DNA from: Phoronis australis
Lineage: Eukaryota; Animalia; Phoronida
Direction: 5' to 3'
DNA: 64,000 nt
Assembly: GCA_002633005.1 (NCBI GenBank)
Contig: NMRA01000246.1
Span: 487,856 to 551,855, forward strand
Of this stretch, positions 13,701 to 28,700 are shown in pieces. The notes under the pieces are model-generated. The model saw only the letters and a program-made list of their open reading frames with translations. It was not told the DNA's origin and searched no databases. Numbering within the stretch: position 1 is the first letter of the stretch; each line of letters opens with the position of its first letter. The translations under genes and the position numbers were made by a program.

Positions 13701-16700
13701 GAGCATGCACGTGAACATTCCAGGCTCACAAAAGTCGCAATCGTGTTGCGACACATAACTAAATAATTTTTTTCAATACGACAAGTCTTGCTTTATTTTC
13801 ATTTAAACATGACAAGTAATAAACAAAATTATGTAATGAGGCTTGTTTGAACAGTTTTCACTTCACGCAAATTCACTGTCCATGTTGCATCTAACAGACA
13901 GTATATTTGACAATAAAAACCATCCAGAACATGTTTCTCCAAAGTGTATTTTCTAGTTGCAAATTTATTTACCTTCAAAAGCACTCAAAGTCTAGTTTGG
14001 AGTCATGGTTTTGACAATGAGAATTAACAAACCATCAGAAATTAATTAAAGTGCCTCAGTCTCAACATACCTGGAGGCCGCCAATTGCCTTTGAGGTCTT
14101 TGGAGGACTCACAGACTTGAATTTGGGAGGAGACATTCCGGCTGATCCAAATGGAGTAGGGCCATCCACTGATGAGCTACTGGTGGAACGTTCTTTTGCT
14201 GGAGAGCCAAACAGATCCTCTACAGGCTTACCAGGTGATTCACTCTCTGGTTCACGAGTTGTGGTGGCTGCAACCTCAGTTGTTGGTTCTGGTGAGGTAC
14301 CAGCCAAAGGATCGGCTAAAAGAAATTGAGCAAACATGAACTCTAAACAGTGATCAATATTTATCAGCATAAAGCTTTGGTGATAACCAAAACAGACACC
14401 AAAGTCATTATGAAAAAGTATCCAATGCAGTAAATAGTGAAAGAAAATGTTGCCATGCTGGTTGATACAAGCCAAATGATTCTGCAATCAGTGCCTGCCT
14501 TGAAATATAACATTACTCGGCTAAAATATGTCCTTAATGCATGACAGACAGGCTCTTGTGGTTCAAGGGGGGAAGACGTAATCTTTTTGCACAGCAGTTG
14601 ATTTGCAGAAAAAATTCCAATCTTGTTTTAAACTGTTTGTACATTTCGTTTTAAAGACTTGAGTTGCTGTTACAGTTAATATCTAATTATAATTCAGGCT
14701 GGGTATTTCAAGTACGGTGCTGTTGTTGGTTTTCAAAGTGCATTGCGGATTGGTTGTCAGCTGGTAGACATCCAATGACATCACAGAAAGACAATCAGAC
14801 AAAATACCATCATGACGGCTAATTGTGTTAACAGTAAAAAGAATGAATGCATAACAAATATTATGGCAGCAAAATTCTAGTTACAGAATGGTTTAGTCAC
14901 ATTACTAACTTTCCTGTTAATTCCCCTTTACTTTAGGTCATCAGGGGAGACTACTCTTGACAATGAAGTCAGCTGCCACTCAGCCATCATGAAAGGAGCA
15001 TTGTGGAACATTTTGTCTGATTACTTTTGGGTTGTATTGTAACTTGGTAACATGTAAAAACATGTCAAAAAAACAATGTTTTGTCACTTGAGCACACCAG
15101 AATTGAAAGCAGTTTACTGCAGCATGCCATTTGGTAGGAGTGTGTCTTGACAACTATCATGCAGAAAAAGACTGAAAGTGAACCTTAAAATGCATCAAAT
15201 TAATACACAGAGTAGCAAATTGCACGAAAGAATTTTGAGGTGCCAACCATCTAGTCACACTGAAGCTAGATCTTATGCAAATTATAAATCAGACTTAAAG
15301 TCCACAAAGTCATCATACCTGATAACACCAGATATTTAAGAGGCAATAACTGTCTCAGAATGGTCTTACAGATTTTTTACAGCCCATACAACCAGGAATT
15401 CTTTCATGTTTCCAGTGAACACCAGAGTTTCCAACATGTTTTTTAGTTAAAATTTTGGTCTGTTTTAATTTGTGTCTTTGTTACTATTCGACTATCTAAG
15501 CAACGTTCAACTAGTAAACATAGTATATCAAAGAACACAGAAGGCCACCATTCGACTCATTGTTTACAGTTTAGCTATTTGTTGTTTTGTAGACAAGATT
15601 AGTGTTATTTAGATTTGATTACCATCTTGTGATCCATGTGACTGATTTGCTGAATATTATAATTGGAAATGACCATAAAATAATACTTTGCAAACCAACA
15701 TGCATCGAAAAAAATTACCAGAGGAACGAACCTGCTTTACCCTTTTTGTTTTTATTGATCATGGCCATAGGATCAAATGCCCCAAACATGGAAACAGCTC
15801 CAGCAGGTCGCCATGGTTTTTTGACTTCTGGCTCGGCTGTTTCTTGATCCTCTTCTGCCTTAGGGATCTCTAAACTGTCTTCAGGGGGTCGCTTGGGATT
15901 GGTCGAAACGGGGTCAGCCAGAGGGTCATCAGATGATGCAGTTCTAGATCTCTCACTAGTCCTTTTCGGATTGGACGAAAATAGGTCATCTTTTGGACTG
16001 GGAGATCCAAACAAGCTGTCAGCTGGCACAGACTTTTTAGACTCTGTTGGACGTTTTGGATTTGATGAGAATAAATCTTCCTTAGGGCTGGGTGATCCAA
16101 ACAGGTCACTAGAGGGAGCAGCCTTAGCAGACTTGATTGGTTTTGGTTCACTCTACCAATACACAAAAGGTAAATATTGATAACTGTTTGTAAAAATCAA
16201 TCTGATCATGGCTAAAAGTTTATTCTTAAGAAGGATTAGCACCAGGTATACATCTGGTTCTATTTAATTAATAATTTAATAACAATGTAAAAATGATGAA
16301 CACATTCAACATGATTTGGAATTGCCATCAAAGAACATACCTTTTTGGTTGGTTTTGTTTCTTCTTTGTCTTCAAAAAGGACAGGCTTTTGAACTGGACC
16401 AGATTTAACATCAGGCTTCTTTTCAGACTGCAAACATTGGAAAGCATATCATTTCTCGGTAATAAAACCTGTTTGCATTGTACATATATGATAAAAAATT
16501 GCTGAAAAAACATCACAGAAGAGTTCCTCATGAAAAGGACACCATACATCACTGCTCTGCACACATCGCTCCAGCATGAAAAATCTAACAATAATTGACT
16601 GACTAGATCTGTCACTTAGGTGCAAAATAACTCTGTCTATCATTGTTTGCTTTTGCAGCAAAATATCAAGCACTTCAAAAAATAGAATCTCTTGCAACTG

Positions 16701-19700
16701 CTTTTTCCCAAAATGATGGCCTACCTACAAATTCATCAAAAACATAGACCAGTTTTGAATGAATCCCAGACATCATATCATCAAATGCATAACAATATGC
16801 AAAACGAAGTGAAGCAGCATGCCTAGATCCATTGTTCACATATTTACAAACTATTCTACACTGTACCTTGGAAGGAGAGCCGAGTGGACTTGTTGAGCTA
16901 AACAGGTCCACAGACGGGTCATCTTCTTTAGCACTGAACAGCAAGCTATCGTCATCAAATAAGTTGCTTTTACTTCGAGGCTTTGACGTCTGAAATAACC
17001 ATAGGAACAAGCAACTTCTTGTATTAACGTGAAGTTGATAAGTTCATATCAAGTTAGTAGAAATGACAGTAATAGTCACCCACAGGGGTCCCCAGTGTTG
17101 AGAACCAGTTTTCTTATCTAAATAACAGGCATCAAGATGGTTCTCAGAATCGAGAACCCCAGTGAGTGACTACTGCCAAAATGACAAATGAGGAACAATG
17201 AGACATACACTCATAAAGGAACTGTTCAAGTCACAGTTGTGACACAACTAATAAGGGGACTATCAACATTAAATGATACTAAGAACTAACAAAAATTAAC
17301 GTAAATTGTATTCTTTCATCTTGGATTACATTCGTTTGATATTGACATGGTACAAGATGCCAACCTCTGATGACTTCTTAGCTCCACCCCCAAACAGACC
17401 ACTATCTAGATCATCATCATTGTCGTCATCAAACAGAGATAAGGCCGTCTTCGCTGGAGGCTTCTTCACAGACTTCTCTTCGGCAGTTGCCTGTAGTGAA
17501 TAATTTTCAATATCCAAGAAAGGCACAAAATTATGTTCCTTGAAATGTCTCAGTGGGTAAAAAGAAAGTGACACGTCTGTGGTAAAGCTACACTGCACAG
17601 CAACTCTTCAAACCAACTCTCTATGAGCAAGAAGTCAAAAACATCTCACGAAAATGCATTTTCCACAATACCTGCTCATTAACTAAAAATAGTGAGTGTG
17701 CTCGGTGACTAAGTCATGTCACATTTTACCCATGGCAATGTGCTAATCAAACTATACAATGTTGATGGATGTACAGTTCATGCCAAATACAAACCAACAA
17801 GATTGCATTTGCCCATCACGATCATCATTATAGCTAACCTGATGGTGATTTGCACTTGCACATGGCTATCAGGACAGGGAATAGCACATCTTTTTGATGC
17901 ATTATGTTTGGCATGTACTGTACAATTATGGTAACAAGATACAAGATACCAACTAAGTACTGACATTCATTTGTTAAAAACCCATTGACAAAATGGTTTA
18001 CACTGCCGTGTCTACATAGTGCACTCTTACCTACATGACTGCATATAACTGAGTCGTACATGGCTAATTGATGTTTGCAGACAAGAGGTACAACACAACT
18101 TTTCAAACAAATCGTAAACAAAATTGTACTAGACAGTCGAAGAGTGCAGGCAATGGTCTAAATGTCATTAATGCCTTCGTATAAGAAAACTTGGGAGTGA
18201 CTGTGTGTAGATAAGGCTTATAAATTAACCAACGAGCAATACTGCTTTCACTGCCTGTGCTTTCAGTAAAATTCTCACCAGCAAACAGCTCTAACCAAAA
18301 ATGTGGGGCACCTTGTCAGATGATTTTCCACAAAACGCTATTGAATATATTAGTAAGAAAACTTTAACAAAATTTCAGCATGTTTAAAGCAATTCTGTCA
18401 AATAAATGTATACCTTTGGTTTCTCCCCAATCTTCTCTGGACTTGTACCAAACAGGTCTTGACCACCAAACAAGGCCACACCCCCTGCTGGCTTCTTTTT
18501 CTCAGTACTGGAACATATAAAACACATTATTCAAAAGCGATGCATTTTAGTTATATCAAATATTTGAACACAGCTACTGTAGTTTTATACAAAATATTGA
18601 CAAAAATATGACAATTTGAAGCAAATGTTTTCAGCTACTTTCAAATTAGTGAATAGTGACGATTTTTTTATCTATTTCTCATCAGGTTTTTCACCATAAC
18701 TTCGACAAAGCCAAGAGTCCAATTACAATGATATTCATCCACTTTATTTTTTTGAAAACTAATCCACTTGCTAATACCAGTAAACAGGCCAAAACTAAAA
18801 GTTACTAAAAACGACAATTCAGAAACTTAAAAAAATTTACTTTTTAAGTTTAGACTAGTCTCTAAATTCCCACAATGCTCATACCTTCTGCCATAAAAGC
18901 AGATATAAAAGTCCTGTGAATGACCACCTATACTGAACACACTTCCATTTTGTAACAGGTCATTTCTACTGGATCGTGGGACTCTCTTCTCAGATACACC
19001 CATAACAAGTAAACAACTGTTAATAAAGCAACACAAAACCCTAAATATATGATCGGGCAGTATGGCCTAGTTTTAAAGCATTACAAGTGAATAGTTGAAA
19101 TCCCAGTGAATCCCACTGCTGGACTCTGAACCAGGTCTCCTACTCAACTCAGCTTAAACAAGGCTGGTTGAATGTGAACACATTGCATGTATGTTGTGAT
19201 GGCCATCTTTGTTGTGATTATAGCACTGCACACAACTACTCTACAGTCAATGTGGGATCCTAGAAGAGTGTCCAAACTTTACTTTGGAAGATCATAAGTC
19301 TGCAATGGGTGACTGTATTCAAATGAAACTTTCAGATGCACTGTTTTCCAAAACACTCTGTTAGTTTGTTTTTAAATGGTCCACTTTTGTATGAGAGGCT
19401 AACAAAAACTGAGATAAATTATTGAGATTTTCAGAAAAACTCAAACGTTGCATAAAATGAAAATGAAATGATAATTTAGAAAACTGTGTCAAGCAGTTTT
19501 GAGATTTCATCTTGAACATAATCAAACACAAACTTGGTCATGGAACTGATACCATTGTTCAGTTACCAAGAATGAACCTTCTTTTTTTGCTAAACTTTAC
19601 ATGTTACCCCACATTATGGCAAATAGGTAAAAAGTAAAAGCCATTTCCTGCATACAGAGAATAATTATGTTTATTAGTAACAGTTTATAGTTCAATTGTG

Positions 19701-22700
19701 GATATTTGGATACAGACTTGTTGATAAGGTTCTACATAACCTTTGCTCCAGTTAAAGTTGGGTAATTGTATTATCTGATAATATCACCAATAGGCATACA
19801 TAATATCTGATGATATCACCAATAGGCATACATAATATCTGATGATATCACCAATAGGCATACATAATATCTGATGATATCACCAATAGGCATACATAAT
19901 ATCTGATGATATCACCAACAGGCATACATAATATCTGATGATATCACCAATAGGCATACATAATATCTGATGATATCACCAATAGGCATACATAATATCT
20001 GGTATCACCAATAGGCATACATAATATTTGTCAAGCATGACATTACACAGTATGACTACAGTACCTATCTGCAGGCTTCGTAGTCTTGTCACTGAACAAG
20101 TCTTCCTCATCATCAGCTGTGAAGAGTGTCTTACTGGCAGCCCTTGCCTTACTCTGTAACATGATACTAACAGTGTCTTACTGGCAGCCCTTGCCTTACT
20201 CTGTAACATGATACTCACAGTTAACATAAAAACGTTGTCAGAGTTAGGCACTTGATTACCAGAGACCATGCGAGCATTCAATCAGTGGAGTCAAAACAAT
20301 AGAATGTGTCATTCAATTAGCAGAGAGCACATCAGCCAACAACATACTGAACACAATGTGATATCACCAGTCAATGATAATGAACAGGGCAGCTTACACC
20401 CTTAAGCATAAATATTTTGTAATATTTTCATGACAAGTTAGAGCATGTCTTAGCGACTAGGAATCTCATAGGGTATGTATTTTTATACAACTATGATTAT
20501 AAAAATATGAATTTCAATTTCTGTGAAGCTTAAAGGTATGGGTGACTCAAACATTGGTTGTGAATGAAAGTGTTAAACATGGTTTAACCAATGCATTTGG
20601 GACACTTGGAATGCAGATCAACAATATGAAGAGAAGGAAAGAGGAAATGTTCTCGTCACTGATTAAAGCAAGTATTAAATGGACTTCATGATGAGATGAA
20701 TATAACCTGGATAAACCATAGACTAGTATCGAGCATCCACGGATAAAAGTGAAAGAAATTCATAACCTTTCATTTCAATCTTTGGTTCTTATCTTTAGAA
20801 TGTGAATTAATGATTAATACTAGGTAAACAAACAATGTGGATGGGAACGAGACTTATGGAAATGTCAACACCGAGATTCTTAACATTAGATCACCAGTAC
20901 ACTGTAAGACTTCCAAATGCTTTGAAAATAGTTTCCCTCAATAATTTTGTGCTGAGAAATAGGTTACCAAAGGACATAAGCTTGTGGGTGAACACACACT
21001 GTAACAACGTAGTGCGAACTAACTACTGTTTGTTTGTATACATCAGACACACACATGATTATGAATGAATCTTGCTATGTCCATGGGTTGACGTATCCAT
21101 AGTCTGGTGTGATCTATGAATGCGCTCAAAGAATTAATATCATGGATGTACCCCTGCATGCAACACTTTGCTTGCTCCCCAAGACCCATTTTGAAAATGT
21201 GACTCCGTATGGAAACAATAGCCTGACTATTAACCACTTACAGGCTGTGCAGGTTTAGCACTGAAGAAGTCTTCATCATCGTCATCATCAAACAATCCCA
21301 ACGTTGGTTTAGCCTTTGGCTTACTAAAACGAAAAAACACAAAATTAATTCAACTATCAACAGAAGGGCTATTTTGCCATACAAAATGAAGCTCATTGAA
21401 CAACAAAAACAACATATAATTAATAATCAAGAAAATTAAATGCAATCTAAAATTAATAAAATGCAAATTAGAGTGTTAATGTGGCAAGCTTATCTAATTA
21501 ATGTGTTCAAGTAACGTAAAAGTAACAGTAGAGATCCTCAACCAATCATGAAACGCAAGAATTGAATGAATTCTAAAAGAGTACTGTAAAACAAAAAGCA
21601 AAAATTGCTAAAATCATCCACAAAACTTCAAAGAATAAGAGTTCATACACAATGTACTTTCATAAATTTGTGGAAAAATGAAAGTCCTCCGGGTCAATTC
21701 ACCTTTCTTTCGGTTTGACACTCGTAATCTCTGGCTCCTCAGCAAACAGACTGTTACTAGAGGATGACCCGCTGCGGGTAGGCTTCCCTTGCTGCTTTAT
21801 GGCAGCCAGAGCGGGTGATGATGTCACGCTCGACCCCGAGCCGCTACGTGAGAACTTATCACCGCTCGTCTTAGGTATTGAGGCATCTGACCATTCATCC
21901 TCCTAAACACAAGAAACAATTATATTTAATACAACACCTATCTGACTCGTGAAGATAACAATATATAACTTGACCACTAGCCATCAATAAAGGCCTGTCA
22001 AATACTCGCATATTAAATTGGATTCATGGCAGCATAACAACTTGGTTAAAACTTCTCAATGATTTTGTTCGAAAATTCGTTCTGTTCACCCGGAAAAATT
22101 GTTATCACTGTAATGCTGTTACGGTGTTTGTGTTCATATAAACATCCTCTTTTCTGATTAGCAACCACCCGTGTTTTTCTTCATCAATTCATGAGGAGGT
22201 CATGTGTGACCGGGGCAACTTTCAGATGACATATAAGAGCTAATATTTGGCAAGCATCCAACCACCCCCTCCCATTTCTTGAATTTCCAATTTAACAAGT
22301 GTTGACGTCTGGTTAAGGTAGGTGTATACACTGATCAAATCTCCAGGTTCCTAAGTAAAATGAGTAAAAAGGGGGTTTTAACTAGTTAGACCTGACTCTG
22401 AAAGTGACAAAAATCGAAAAAAAAGTTTCTTTTGTAGTTCGTTTTTTTAAAAAATCGTATTTTTTAATTTTCAAAAAATCCAATTTTACCTCGAATTTTT
22501 TTTCAAAATGCACAGGGATCATCATCAACTGTTTCCTTACGCAATATTCTACTTATCCATACCAAATATATGTACAAAATCATTATGATCTTGATTTTGT
22601 GGCATTTTTTGTTTGCGAGTTGGGGCAAGCACGCCACTTTTTGTCATTTGGTCACTTTCCGTCTAATAACTAAAAATCTGGTCCATTTATCAAAAAACCC

Positions 22701-25700
22701 TGGCACGCGATTTTACTTCAGTCCTAGAGGATTTCAAATTTGCAACTTTCGTAAAAATTGACTCACGTGTTGTGGAAAAATAGGCCCGAGAATCTTGTCA
22801 CTATCCTGAAATCACGAGCCGAGAAAAACGGCTTTGAAGTTAAGCGGTCCATCGATTGCCACTTGAGATCAAATTTCGTTCAGAATGCGCGGTCATTATG
22901 TTCCAATTTTTGTTGAAGTACTAGAAATAAAGCTGATACTTACTTCTTGTTTAGAAAATGTGACATACCTGTTTGTTTACAGCGCAATTTTAATCATTTT
23001 TTCGAAATTGTGAAGCACGACAGACGACCAAAACAAGTATGGCTGTCACGTGGGTGGAGCTTAGCGTTGATCTATTGTCTGCTGTACTGGTGTGCCGACC
23101 ACACATTAAAACCATGTGTTGATTGTTTATACGATTCATCTGAACTCTCCACTCAGTATAGTAAAAGACACTCTATATGACACAGACCTATTTGTTAGTA
23201 TTCCAATATTATCATCAACCAATATATCAAATCGCCGCGTTACTGTCTATTGGCGACGAGGATAAAGAACTACTTTCATAGTAATGGTTCAACATTTTTA
23301 CGTGCCTGTACCGAATGGACTTTGGGGTAAGAAAATATCACTTTCTGCGCAAATAGGTTCGCTTGGGTGAGATTCTCAAGTTACTAAAGTTTCTTATATT
23401 GCTTTCCTCTAGAATCGTATAATATCATGAGTTTTAATTCAGGGTTACGTTTGAATCTATGCACTAGAAAATTTTTGTTATTTTGAACACTGGGTCATTT
23501 CTTTGGGTTACGGCCAGTGGCAAGTTAAAAAATCCTCTTGGTTTGACAGCCTAGTTTCTCCACGGCGCGTTCCCAGCTCAGAAGCACGGTTTATCTGCGA
23601 AGACTCTACTCTGACGGCATGTAGTTGTTAATATGTCGCGCGCGCGGCTTGTCTTCACAGCGCGTGCATGCACTCTCACCGCATCGTGCAACACCACCCA
23701 CGTCGACACTCAGCGTCCTCTCGCAAGACACCTGATCTTATATTACCGACTTCTCTTATACTTGCACAATTTCTGCACTGACTCCTCAAGCTGAGTGCAG
23801 TGATGGCTTCGGTAGGACTTGGCGTACTTTGCAGATACACAAACAGGCTCAGGCTCGGAACAGGAGCTAGTTCACCATTTCACTACCAACTTTCACATGG
23901 TCAAAATAGAATTATTTTATTCTTGGTCTTGCTACAACACCAATATCAGCTGGTACAGCACTCTCGATTGCCCGGTTACGCAATGCTTGTTGACAGGGTT
24001 AGATTAGAGCTAGTGTCCTTGTATATAAGCTCCGCCCCAGTTGTCAATCACTGAGCTGGTGAGCACTCAAGCCATACGACTTACTGAAGCTTGGTCAAAT
24101 ATAGCTAAAAAAACAACTTTGGATTTTCAGAATGATTTTATTTTTCTTCAGTATACTGTGCATCAAGAATTAAAGATTAGGATGACATAAAAGTGTAAAA
24201 AACAGTCAAAAATTTTTTTTTTGTGTATCCACCTACCTTAAGCACTACCCTGATTTTCAGGCTCACCATCTTAAAAGCCTAGTGCGTTAACCATACCGTT
24301 TATGACATATTCAACCCAGAAACTAATAATCATCTATCACAAAAGTGACATGATGTTATATGTCAACAGACACATGCCTTGCATTCTTAAAAGGAACAAA
24401 ATGGTATGGCTGAATGTGTTATGTACAAGGTTTTTGTTAAAAAATCTGGCTTTTGACATAGACCACTTTGGTCTCAAATTTTCCTTTTACAGGAATAAGA
24501 GCCTATACTACATTTTCAAAAGAATGGCTGGAGAATCATCGTAATTTGCCAGGCTTCACTAAAGTCATAGCAAAAAGCAGGAAGGACACCAAAAAAAATG
24601 GACTGAAGTATTTGAAAATTAGCTGACAATGATAATACTTTGCAAAGTGGCCTACTTTTAACCAGAGATAACATTTTCACCTTTTTTGACTTCCCAGTTT
24701 ACATCGATGCTCTGCTTATACCAGAGTTAAGTTATTATGAAAGGGCCTTAAAAGAAATAAATGGCCTAACTTACCTCTTCATTATCAGATGCTTGTCTCT
24801 GGGCCTTGATGGCAGCAGCCAGTGGGTTGGGGGCACCACCAAACATGGACACGGCACCAGCCGGCATCTGGAATGGACAATGCACTAAAACCAATGAGCA
24901 GTGGCATAGCTAGGGTTGGTGGGGAAGGCGTCATTATCAGGGCTTGGAATTACCGATGACAAAAAGAGGAAAATTTTCCAGGTGACATATCATTCCACAA
25001 ATAGACATGTGACAGAAATATTTTTTGTGTTGTAAAATTTAACTGAAATAAACATTTTTGCATGCATAAAGTCCAAAATGATGAGAGTCGACAAAAGAGA
25101 AAACCGGAAATCAAATAAGAGAAAACTGAAACCAAAAACGAGGAAGTCCTCTTAAAAAAAGGAAAGTTTCAAGTCATGCATTATCTCCCACCCCTGGTGG
25201 TGATAACATTGACTACAACAGCAAATTTAAGCAATGTCAAAGACTGGCTAAGAAACACATCTTCAAAATTCATCACTTAAAAGTGTAGCAACAAAGAGGA
25301 CAGATCAACACACAGGAACATTGTCAAGCGACAATACTTGGAAGCCTTCGATACAGTAGCATTGGGTGATGAATATCCTTAACTTGCATGATTCTAGTAA
25401 ATGGTCACAAGTTATAACAATCTTATATTTAATAATTTATGCTGAAAAAATTTGTGCGACATTTAAGGCTTTAATTTCACCCAGGTTGTAATGACGGACA
25501 CCTTGAATAAAAGAATTCCGTCTGCAATATTGTACTGCAGAAGATTATACAATGGCAATAAACCTCATCAAAATAAATCAACTAATCATACCTTCTTCTT
25601 TGTCTCTTTCTTCTGCTCCACTTTAGGCTCAGCAACTTTTGCAGGTGCTTCCCCAAACAGATCACCTTCATCATCATCAGCAAATAAGCTGGCAGTGGGT

Positions 25701-28700
25701 TTGGATTCTAAAAGAAAAGTGGATAACCAACCTTGCTTTTAAGAACACCATGATGAAAATAATACCATCTGATATCATTTGATATGCCCTTATCAATTTA
25801 TAATATTTTGTTTGTACCGGTCTGGGTATACCGTTATAGATCAAACAGAACCAAAAAATTGGACAATGTACTACTAAAAATAAACAACATGATTATAAAT
25901 CACAGTACAATAAGATTGAAAAACAACTAGATTTGTTAGATTGTGTGCATTTTGTTTTTTCTTTTACTAACAAGGCAACAGCTTGTTGTCAAGGATATTT
26001 TGAGGCAACGTGTAAGGGCAAAAAGTACAGTACTTGCATTTGATTCACTATGCTTGATTAACTGCATCAACCAGATAACATGTGATTGGTTAGTAAGCTG
26101 GAGGTTGCCACCAAGAATCAAATTTGTTGAAGGGTTGACCTGGCTGACCCAGGAGAGTGAATCAAGCGCACACATGGTATTTAAAACCGTGAATGTCCAA
26201 TACTAGAGACAAAACTAATTGCGTATGAGAAACTAGAATTAGAATAAGTGACTGTTCCTGTCCTGCACTACATTATAGCAATCAGAAAAGCTAATTAAGA
26301 CATCATAATGAGATAACAATTAAGGCAGAATGTGATTACAAAAATCAGAAGTTGTTAAGGGTCCAAAAAGATGGCTTTGCAAACAATGTGGATGAAAACT
26401 ACTGAACACGTTTGTGCCTTCTATACAATACATGGGAATGTCCTGTGTATGAATGCAGCACCTGACCAAGCACTATAATTGTTGCTATTGTGTCCAAGGC
26501 ACTACTCATACTGGAGGTGGTGCCAAGACAAGGCTCATTTTACCAGAATTAAGTGTTCACAACAACAACCAGTTCTGCTTGCGTTTGCAGCTACAGAAAG
26601 AACATGGCTTAAACTGAAAAATCATACGGGAGGCAGAAAAAGCCATTTGTTCAATGTCACAGCATACACTAAATATAAAAGGAAACCATGTGATTTGTTT
26701 GGCTCTGCAAGATATTCTAATACCATCTGTAATGAAACATCAACCAAGAACAACACACACCATGCAAGTTAGCAAAGCATCGAATGAAGTCAAGTTGGTG
26801 AATTGAAGCATAATCATAAACAATGTGAAAAGAGTGTGAAGAATAAAGTTAAAACCCAGTAGAATTAAGAAACAAACACCAGTGCTATCTACTAAAATAA
26901 CTCAAACCACAAACATTGACAGTTAGTATCACATGCATGCTATCTACTAATTAAAAATAACTCAAACCACAAACATTGACAGTTAGTATTACATGCAGAG
27001 TGGTGTGTTCATTACCAGGCTTCTTTTTAGGTTTCGATATTGACGCAAAAAGATCGTCTTCATTGTCATCGTCAGCAAATAAATTTGCAGTGGATGACTT
27101 TTTTACTGTAATGTACCCATGATAATTAAAAATAGCTTAACATACAAAACAAGAGAATAGTTATGAATTTCAGACATACTGGACAACTTCCAACTCATAG
27201 ATCAGCCAAGCAGTGAAAAGCTGTCAAATGGTTAAGTAATCAAGGTTATATAATACTCCATTGACAAGTATGTACATTTAACCAAATACATACAAAACTA
27301 TAAAGTTTAACTAATCATGGTATATATTTTTTGAAAGTAGAAATTCCATAGAATTTTTGACTTTATACAACAAGGTACAAGCATAGCAATACAGGAGAAT
27401 CAATAACATCGCCAATTGTAGCATGATATAAATGTTCAAGAGAAAATCTCAAAAATGCTGTTACAGTTTTCTAACTTATTCCTCATGCAAAAGTGGAACA
27501 TTTTAAAAACAAAACTTAACAACATTTTTGAGAAAATTGCATATGGCAAAGTGCCTGAAACTTTCACATGAATCCGATCAGCCACTTCTCAGATATGATA
27601 TTCCGAAGATAGCCAAAATTGAACATTTTTCTACTGGTACAACGTGATGAGTTAAACTGTGCCAATCTTATTTTATTCAGTAAACCTGATAGAGTCCTAT
27701 TTAAAAATATATCACCAAATTTCACAAATTTGCTGCACCCTGTGATGCAGTTCCTTCTAAGTTGAAGCAAAATCACATTTATTTAATATTTAAAAAATCA
27801 CCTGGTTTAGTAGATTTTTCAGCAACAGACTTTGTAGGCGCTGCAGAAAACAAGTTGTCAGCATCATCATCATCAAACAATCCACCAGATGGCGCTGACG
27901 ACTTTTTCGATGACACAACTTCCTCTGCTTCCTCATCACTAATGTTACTGGGGACCTTGGCGAATGGGTCAGCACCACCATCTAAATATTTGTAAGACAA
28001 CATTGTGGATGGTATGTGTAGGAAAAAATAAATCCTTCATACTAAGTAAAAGTAAGAAAGGGGTCAAAGAGCGGGGCCCTCTATATTAATATAGAATGCC
28101 TGAAATTCATTTTTTTGCCTATGTCATTTTAATAAAAATAAATCATTTTAAATAATAAGCTGTTCAGTATAATTTCTAATAACAAGTGACAACATTAACC
28201 TCCAAATATTGACACTCCTCCTGCTGGGATTTTATGCCCACTCCGTGTTCGTCCTCGTTTATCTGCAACAAAAAGACGAAAACAGTGCAACACATATTGA
28301 CATAACAAACAAGAGCAACGCAGAGCGTTGAAATGCGCCCACAATTGCACCGCATACGGTATCCTTCTAGGGTTGTTTATTGGTACCATAAAGTGGCCAG
28401 TAAAGGCATATATGTAGTATGTTGTACTTAGCAAAATGGAAAGGCATAGTCATTGTCTCCTCAATAGGCTAGGGGCAAAATGTGAGTAAGCTTCATAATA
28501 CAAGCACATCCTATACACCAGTTGCTTAAAGCACCACAGAAACATAAAATTAAAAACAAATTTACCAAGTAACATACGAGATTAGCACAGCATTAGAATG
28601 CCAGAAAAAAATTTCTACTTGGAACTTTTCCTTCATAGTCACGAAGTAACACAAAGTATACACCTGAAGACCTATGAAAATACAGAGGTCAATGTAAAAT

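Noticed and set aside
14925-15020. Possible extra WASHC2 exon
   Set aside because: No acceptor/donor pair gives the required phase with convincing FAM21-like sequence.
19772-20027. 32-bp repeats resembling a CRISPR array
   Set aside because: Head-to-tail units with no unique spacers, no cas genes, inside a eukaryotic intron: a minisatellite.
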